Assembly: GCA_043803945.1 (NCBI GenBank)
Contig: JAZDJN010000038.1
Location: 1-64,000 of the forward strand
DNA from: a bacterium
Lineage (GTDB): Bacteria; Bacteroidota; Ignavibacteria; UBA10030
DNA length: 64,000 nucleotides
Direction of reading: 5' to 3'
Positions within the stretch are counted from its first letter, which is position 1. The number at the start of each line of letters is the position of its first letter. The position numbers and the translations under genes are program-made. The notes beneath the pieces were generated by a model. That model was not told where the DNA came from. It made no database searches and worked only from the letters and a program-made list of their open reading frames with translations. Below are positions 58,540 through 64,000 of the stretch, piece by piece.

Positions 58540-59474
58540 CGGGCAGGATCAATCTCTCAGGCAAAGATGTCTGTCGCTTTGAGCATCAAGCAATGGCAAC
58601 ACTCTTTGAAGTGATGATTGCCTGCGAAGATCCAGTCTATGCTCAGTCTGCGGCGGTTGAAGCGTTCCAGGAAATCGATCGGCTCGAATTGGAATTAAGT
58701 CGATACAATCCGAATAGCGATATCTCCCGGTTGAACAACCTCTCTCCACATTCATCTATTCGCATTGGGTACGATGCCTTTCAATGTTTATTGGAAAGCA
58801 TCCGGTATGCAGAGCTCACAGGCGGAGCGTTCGATGTGACAGTGGGGAGATTAATGGATTGCTGGATTGCCAGGGATAAATCGGCACGAAATCCTTCGAT
58901 CCAGGAAATTGAAGAGGCATTGGCGAGTTGTGGGAGAACGTTGCTGGAGTTAGATGAAGCTTCGATGATGGTTCGCACTGGTGCAGTCGTTCCATGCATC
59001 GACCTTGGTGCCATTGGGAAAGGCTACGCTGTCGATTGTGTTATAGAGTTGCTGAAAGAATGGGAAATCGGATCGGCACTGGTTCACGGAGGGATGAGTT
59101 CGGTTTTTGCATTTGGTGAATATCAGCATCAGAATGGCTGGCCCGTCACACTGAGCGATCCGCGCACTCCTGACACGATCCTGCGAACAGTTACTCTGGA
59201 TGAACGAGCCTTGGGTGGTTCCGGTGTGAAGAAAGGATTCCATATCATCGATCCACGGTCTGGTCAACCGGTCAGGCATCGCCACGCCGCGTGGGTTGTT
59301 GCGGATTCTGCAACTCAAAGTGATGCGTTATCGACTGCCTGCATGATGATGACGAAAACGGAGATTGAACAACTTGTTCTTCAGCAGCCTCACAATTGGG
59401 CAATGATTGTTGATGAACCGTCGAATCACCACTCCTATTCTGTCTTTCAATATGGAAGTAGTTTATCGGTTTGA
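58536..59474 (+). CDS. apbE: FAD:protein FMN transferase, no signal peptide
   Basis: AMAT, LSRY...SDI..LN, GAFDVTVG, DLGAIGKGYAVD, HIIDPRSG, DALSTA. Confidence 0.9.
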   Translation: MTGRINLSGKDVCRFEHQAMATLFEVMIACEDPVYAQSAAVEAFQEIDRLELELSRYNPNSDISRLNNLSPHSSIRIGYDAFQCLLESIRYAELTGGAFDVTVGRLMDCWIARDKSARNPSIQEIEEALASCGRTLLELDEASMMVRTGAVVPCIDLGAIGKGYAVDCVIELLKEWEIGSALVHGGMSSVFAFGEYQHQNGWPVTLSDPRTPDTILRTVTLDERALGGSGVKKGFHIIDPRSGQPVRHRHAAWVVADSATQSDALSTACMMMTKTEIEQLVLQQPHNWAMIVDEPSNHHSYSVFQYGSSLSV

Positions 59475-60185
59475 GAAGAGCTTCTTGATCAGGAACAATT
59501 CATGGAGAACATCTGTCAAGCTTCGGCGAAGGCTGATCCGGCTGTCGCGATCACAGCTCCACTCCACAGGGAATTCCTCAATCCGGTAACTAAGCCGTAT
59601 TGCTCGAAGGACAATTTCTACATCGAAAAGAAAACCCTCTATTGTGCACTCTCCAAATAACCTCCGTGCTACTTCACCACGATAAATTTTGAATCCGCAC
59701 TGTGTATCGGTAAGATGGATAGGAACTTTCAGCCAGCGAATGACGAGGATGTGAAAGAGCCTTGATATCAATTTCCGATCCCAATCCTGTTTTTTGTGAA
59801 TCACGCTAGCCGGCAGCTTTCTTGAGCCATGGGCAATCTCACATCGGTTATCCTCAAGAAGTTGAAGGCCTGCAAGTGCATTGGAATATGGGACCGTCAA
59901 TCCGCTGTCTGCGAACATCACGAAGTCGCCATGCGAAGCGATCATTCCAGAGCGAACAGCAAATCCCTTTCCTCGATGTGCTTCGTTTCGGATTACTCGA
60001 CAGGTACTACCCGCAGGGAGTGCAGCCTGCCTAGCCTCCAGTGCAGTGTTATCCGAACTTCCGTCATCGACAACGATTACTTCACCAGAGAGTTCGTGAC
60101 CAGCAAGAAATCCTGCGGCCTCTTGAACATCACGGGCGATTTTTTTTTCCTCATCGAATGCAGGTATGATAATAGAGAGCGTCAT
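59463..60185 (-). CDS. GT2 polyprenyl/dolichyl-phosphate sugar synthase-like glycosyltransferase
   Basis: SIIIPAF.EE, VDDGS.D, RGKGFAVR.G, DTQCGFK, FDVE. Confidence 0.9.
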   Translation of the reverse strand: MTLSIIIPAFDEEKKIARDVQEAAGFLAGHELSGEVIVVDDGSSDNTALEARQAALPAGSTCRVIRNEAHRGKGFAVRSGMIASHGDFVMFADSGLTVPYSNALAGLQLLEDNRCEIAHGSRKLPASVIHKKQDWDRKLISRLFHILVIRWLKVPIHLTDTQCGFKIYRGEVARRLFGECTIEGFLFDVEIVLRAIRLSYRIEEFPVEWSCDRDSRISLRRSLTDVLHELFLIKKLFSNR

Positions 60186-60630
60186 CAGTTGGCAAGGTAC
60201 TGACGATCCGCAGTCTCTGCAAGTGAAAAAAGAGGCGGCGGAAAGAATAAATCTGTTCCCTTAACAATTCATCATTATTTACAATCAGACTCCGTCATCA
60301 GATGTTTTTCAAAAAAAATACTGTCACACCCGAACATTTTTGTTGGGTGTCTTGCATTGAGATTTTCCAATTTAGAGATTCCCTGCCTGCCGAAGTTGCT
60401 TCGGCATGGAGACTCACAGGAAAAACCGAGGAAAACGCGTTGAAGGTATCGCAGCAACTAAACCGGTACATTACTTAATTTGCCAATATGCTCTGGGCAT
60501 CCTTAGATACGGCTGAAGACTGCGAGGTGATGGATCTGCAGTTTAAATCGGATCCCCTAGTGGTTCTCTTCCCCGTCGAAAAGGAGTTTGAAAAACGAGG
60601 GTTTTAAAGGTAAACTTCAAAAAAAAGTGC

Positions 60631-60659
60631 TTGACTTGCGGTGCAAAAATAACTAAAAT
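60631..60659 (+). promoter_or_regulatory. Sigma70-type promoter upstream of the TA triplet
   Basis: TTGACT-17 bp-TAAAAT. Confidence 0.6.
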
Positions 60660-60765
60660 TTAAACGTGGCTTTAGTTCCTCATTGTGCAACTTATTCATT
60701 CCATTAAGCGTTCCATTTTAGAAGGTCAAGGAACGTCCAAAATATAGATATCCCGGTGATTCAAT

Positions 60766-61173
60766 ATGTTTGTTAGATACGCATTTCTTGCTGACACAGC
60801 TACAGCGGACGCTGGTGGCAAATTATATGCTATGGGGATTTTTGATAATATACTGACCACCCAATTCCCTGCTCATCATCCCGAATTAACACTCGTAGCC
60901 AGAATTGAGGGAACTGTTGCAGAGAAGGGATCACATAAAATATCTATTGAATTGCGAGATAGCGATTCAAATAGACTTCATTCGTTCGATCAAACATTAG
61001 TTTTTAGCGAACGACCAGCAGTCCATGGGAATTTCTTGGCAGGATTAATTGTGAAATTCCAAACTCTAACTTTCCCACGAGCCGGCCAATATGAGTTCGT
61101 TCTTTTTGGGGACGATCGATTTCTAGTGCGAATTCATTTTACGGTGCAGAAAATTAACATCCAAAATGATTAA
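60766..61173 (+). CDS. DUF6941-like hypothetical beta-sandwich protein
   Basis: AFLAD.A....GKLY.MGIFD.I....FP; FP..G.Y.F. Confidence 0.7.
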   Translation: MFVRYAFLADTATADAGGKLYAMGIFDNILTTQFPAHHPELTLVARIEGTVAEKGSHKISIELRDSDSNRLHSFDQTLVFSERPAVHGNFLAGLIVKFQTLTFPRAGQYEFVLFGDDRFLVRIHFTVQKINIQND

Positions 61174-61175
61174 GT

Positions 61176-61466
61176 ATGAATGGGAGTTCCGCAAAAAAGT
61201 TGTTAGAAAGGATGCGAAACTCAAAGTCTGGGTGGGGTCAAAGTGACTTTCTTCATTTACTTAAAGGATTCGGATTTAAATTTAGAGAAGGTAGTAAGCA
61301 CACAGTTTATTTTCATCCTACATTTAACGATTTGATGATCAGCGTACCTAGGCATAACATTTTAAAGGAATGGGTAGCGCGCGATGCAATAAAACTAATT
61401 GATGAATTAATAGAACGATTGGAGAAAGAAGGGAAGAACAATGGAATCGATGGCAAGAACACTTGA
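61176..61466 (+). CDS. hicA: HicA-family mRNA interferase toxin
   Basis: LL..FGF..REGSKH..Y.HP......VPRH. Confidence 0.85.
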   Translation: MNGSSAKKLLERMRNSKSGWGQSDFLHLLKGFGFKFREGSKHTVYFHPTFNDLMISVPRHNILKEWVARDAIKLIDELIERLEKEGKNNGIDGKNT

Positions 61467-61812
61467 GTACTACAGGCGTCTACCATATAGGATGCAGATA
61501 GATCGAGTGCAAGATTCCGATGGAAGTAAATATTGGACAGCCGAATATATTGAACTCCGTGGTTGTAAGGCAGATGGGCCCACAGAACTCGATGCAATAT
61601 CAAATCTGCACGAGGTGTTTGATGAGTATATTTTAACGCAAATTGAAAACGGTATCAGCACACCTGAACCTGCGCAGGTTCCACTCATTGTTGATTCCAT
61701 CTGGCTAAAACCGTGGAAAGAAACATCTTTTCTAATGCCTACACCTCCTGGAGTAGATACCGATAAAACAGGGAGTGAAGCAGCAATTGAGTCTGTTTAC
61801 GCTCCGTTTTAA
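61441..61812 (+). CDS. hicB: HicB-family antitoxin lacking a recognisable DNA-binding domain
   Basis: YY..LPY, ELRGC.ADG.T..DA..NL, PEP; overlaps hicA. Confidence 0.82.
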   Translation: MESMARTLEYYRRLPYRMQIDRVQDSDGSKYWTAEYIELRGCKADGPTELDAISNLHEVFDEYILTQIENGISTPEPAQVPLIVDSIWLKPWKETSFLMPTPPGVDTDKTGSEAAIESVYAPF

Positions 61813-62119
61813 ATCATAGATGATTAATATGCGAAGCCTATTATCGAATGAAGATAATGGGCATTTCTGTCTCATCCCTTGTCTTTTATCCATCAAGCAC
61901 AAATCGATAGACCTTCAACGAAGTAATTTCTCTACAATAAATAATCAGAAATAGTGCCCCCTCTCAAAAAAGGTCCTATAAAGGTCCTTGACTTTCTTGT
62001 CCCGAAATAGGCATTAGCACACGGAGCAAGAGCTTCATCACACCCCCCTGCGATTCTTCCCTACCTGTGCATAAGGGGGAGCCGGAAGGGCTAAAGGAGA
62101 AACGAATTGCAGAGGGTTA

Positions 62120-62220
62120 ATGTCGACCACAATTTCCACAGCCGAACCAACACAATTTCGAGCGGATGATACCGTCAAGTGGACGAAGTCTCTCTCCGAC
62201 TATCCTGACTCCGAAGGTTT
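62120..62220 (+). pseudogene. Possible fragment of a phage head-completion-type gene
   Basis: MSTTISTAEPTQFRADDTVKWTKSLSDYPDSEG with RBS gaggg, ending at a REP-like element; similarity recalled from memory. Confidence 0.35.
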
Positions 62221-62221
62221 A

Positions 62222-62305
62222 TCTCGTTCCCAAGCTCCGCTTGGGAACGTAGGTCTTGAAGCTCTGCTTCCATTTAGGTGTTCCCAAACAGAGTTTGGAA
62301 ATGAG
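62222..62305. repeat. REP-like element (cgttcccaagctccgcttgggaacg family)
   Basis: Hairpins cgttcccaagc/gcttgggaacg, gaagc/gcttc and ttcccaaac/gtttggaaa. Confidence 0.75.
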
Positions 62306-62355
62306 GTTTTAACTCAGAACTACCATTTTCACAAGTGTTGTCTAAAAGAAAAATA

Positions 62356-62480
62356 TGTCTCGCCTGCGAACGCGGGGACGACAAGAATATGTCTCACTCG
62401 CGAAAGCGAGTGTCCAGTGCCTTTACGTGCCCACTGGTCTTTTTTCAAAGCGCTGGGTCCCCGCTTGCGCGGGGACGATA
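62356..62480. repeat. REP-like cluster homologous to 9463-9554
   Basis: tgtctcactcgcgaaagcgagtgtccag ... ctgggtccccgcttgcgcggggacga. Confidence 0.75.
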
Positions 62481-62499
62481 AACAGTGTGTCACTCCTTA

Positions 62500-62868
62500 C
62501 TACTGCACCGGCTCAGGCACTTTGAGCACTTCGTCGATAATCTGCTTTAGGTTGTTCTTCGGCAGGGCTCCAACCGCCATTTGGGGTTGACCCTCTTTCG
62601 GTATGAAAAGCAAAGAGGGGATGCTCCGGATACCAAAGGCCGATGCCAGCTCCTGCTCTTCTTCGGTATTCACTTTATAGAAGTTGACCGATCCGGTATA
62701 TTCCTTCGAGAGTTCATCAATCACCGGGCCGACAATCCGGCAGGGGCCGCACCATGGTGCCCAAAAATCGATGACAGCAGGAAGCTCTCCGGCATACTTC
62801 CACTCTTTATTTTTCTCATAATCAAAAACTTTTTCTTGAAACGCCTGTTTTGTTAAATGTTCTGCCAT
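62500..62868 (-). CDS. trxA: Thioredoxin
   Basis: DFWAPWCGPC, IRSIP. Confidence 0.93.
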   Translation of the reverse strand: MAEHLTKQAFQEKVFDYEKNKEWKYAGELPAVIDFWAPWCGPCRIVGPVIDELSKEYTGSVNFYKVNTEEEQELASAFGIRSIPSLLFIPKEGQPQMAVGALPKNNLKQIIDEVLKVPEPVQ

Positions 62869-63052
62869 ACCAGTTTCCTTTCTTCGTTTTTATTAATATG
62901 ATGCAGTGCAGGACCGAAAGGATTCACTCTGCAGGTCAGACTTTGTTGAATCCAATTAGGAATTCCTGCATCATAGCTATGGGAGAGTAGGTGTTCTCTG
63001 TTTCGTGGAGAAATGCATTGTTGGAGTAAGTCCGAATTGAATTGGAGTAGAG

Positions 63053-63697
63053 ATGAATACAATTGCAATAGAGAAACGATATTCTGAACTTGCAGACGAG
63101 GAATGCTGCCTCTCCTGTGGCGGGGCGATCGATATGAGTCACCCTGGAACGGGAGAGGTCTGTGTTGATCTCGGATGCGGTAAGGGAAGTGACGTCATCC
63201 GTTTGCGTAAGGCAGTAGGTGAAGGAGGGCATGTTTATGGTGTGGATATTGCCGACGGGATGATTGCGAAAGCGAGACAGCAGGTTGAAAAGTTTGGCTA
63301 TACGAATGTGACACTGATTCACTCTGAATTGGAACAGTTGCCGATTGAAAGTGATGCAGCAGATCTTGTCATTTCCAACTGCACCATCAATCATGCACAG
63401 AACAAACGCGCGGTCTGGTCGGAGATCTTCAGGATTCTAAAAATGGGCGGACGAATTGTGGTCAGCGATATTTATTCAATGAAACCGGTGCCGTCGGAGT
63501 ATGCCAACGATCCGGAAGCGGTTGCAGAATGTTGGGCCGGTGCAATCACGAAGGATGAATATTTGAACATTCTCCAGCAAACAGGATTTAAACAGATTAG
63601 TATGATAGAAGAGAGCAAGCCATATGAAAAGGGGAAAATTGCAGTAGCAAGCTTTACTGTATCAGCAAAAAAGTCAACGTGTTGCTGCGGTTCCTGA
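63053..63697 (+). CDS. ArsM-like (arsenite methyltransferase family) SAM methyltransferase
   Basis: CCLSCGG, DLGCG.G.D, VISNC.IN, AECWAGA, C-terminal CCC. Confidence 0.85.
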   Translation: MNTIAIEKRYSELADEECCLSCGGAIDMSHPGTGEVCVDLGCGKGSDVIRLRKAVGEGGHVYGVDIADGMIAKARQQVEKFGYTNVTLIHSELEQLPIESDAADLVISNCTINHAQNKRAVWSEIFRILKMGGRIVVSDIYSMKPVPSEYANDPEAVAECWAGAITKDEYLNILQQTGFKQISMIEESKPYEKGKIAVASFTVSAKKSTCCCGS

Positions 63698-63728
63698 CCG
63701 GAACCGTGCAATCAGAAAGGAGGTCGCA

Positions 63729-63824
63729 ATGAAATCTCTTATTAAGAAGAACACGAACACCTCACCATGCGCGGCACAGTGTTGCGCAAAGAATTCAAAA
63801 AACGTAGCTGGCTGTCACGACTAA
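63729..63824 (+). CDS. 31-aa Cys-rich peptide, candidate RiPP precursor
   Basis: MKSLIKKNTNTSPCAAQCCAKNSKNVAGCHD; strong RBS aaaggaggt. Confidence 0.75.
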   Translation: MKSLIKKNTNTSPCAAQCCAKNSKNVAGCHD

Positions 63825-63872
63825 TAAACAATTTCTCACCATCACTATGGCTTTGCTTTCTTTAATATAACA

Positions 63873-64000
63873 ATGGAATTCTCACAACATAATATCTTTT
63901 CACGAATCGCGGATTCTGAAAACTATTTCATTGTCAATCTCCTCTCAGGGAATGCGGATATCCTCGCTCCGGAAAAGGCACAAGAGATCATCGATAAACG
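63873..64000 (+). CDS. 5' fragment of a probable radical SAM/SPASM peptide maturase
   Basis: MEFSQHNIFSRIADSENYFIVNLLSG resembles the N-terminus of SPASM proteins; CxxxCxxC lies outside the window. Confidence 0.5.
   Translation, partial: MEFSQHNIFSRIADSENYFIVNLLSGNADILAPEKAQEIIDK

Noticed and set aside
62120-62590. 156-aa ORF in the track
   Set aside because: After codon 33 it only translates REP-like repeats and the antisense of trxA
63686-63710. TGA of the methyltransferase inside a cggttcc/ggaaccg hairpin as a selenocysteine codon
   Set aside because: The hairpin straddles the stop instead of following it as a bacterial SECIS does; the protein already ends at a typical length, and readthrough would run over the peptide RBS

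Overview
64 kb of bacterial chromosome, most consistent with an FCB-group (Ignavibacteria-like) organism: SusD-less TonB receptor with a T9SS-sorted partner and PorV-family gene, many Tat and lipoprotein signals, and Shine-Dalgarno use. I found no rRNA, tRNA, CRISPR array or intact transposase/integrase. Main blocks: (1) 0.4-13.7 kb, mixed metabolic and envelope genes, a deleted LUD pseudogene and an AT-rich AAA-ATPase/DUF4276 pair; (2) 14.3-30.3 kb, an amino-sugar utilisation locus (TBDR, T9SS protein, PorV-like, two tandem-GNATs with one frameshifted at an A9 tract, PIG-L deacetylase, an atypical clan-A-like glycosidase, HGSNAT-like, NamZ, SSS symporter plus small partner); (3) a GxxExxY gene embedded in periodic repeats whose relatives, often carrying nested mini-hairpins, recur across intergenic regions; (4) 36.7-59.5 kb, a 3-keto-glycoside (Gul-type) cluster with six Gfo/Idh/MocA oxidoreductases and DUF1080/HEAT proteins, running directly into a 7-CxxCH cytochrome c, a cytochrome b, a GT-C-like protein and a signal-less ApbE; (5) a DUF6941-like/HicA/HicB triplet and a possible phage relic; (6) at the right edge, an ArsM-like methyltransferase, an unannotated 31-aa Cys-rich peptide and the start of a probable radical SAM maturase (candidate RiPP cluster). 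All family calls come from motif recognition by eye, with no database searches.
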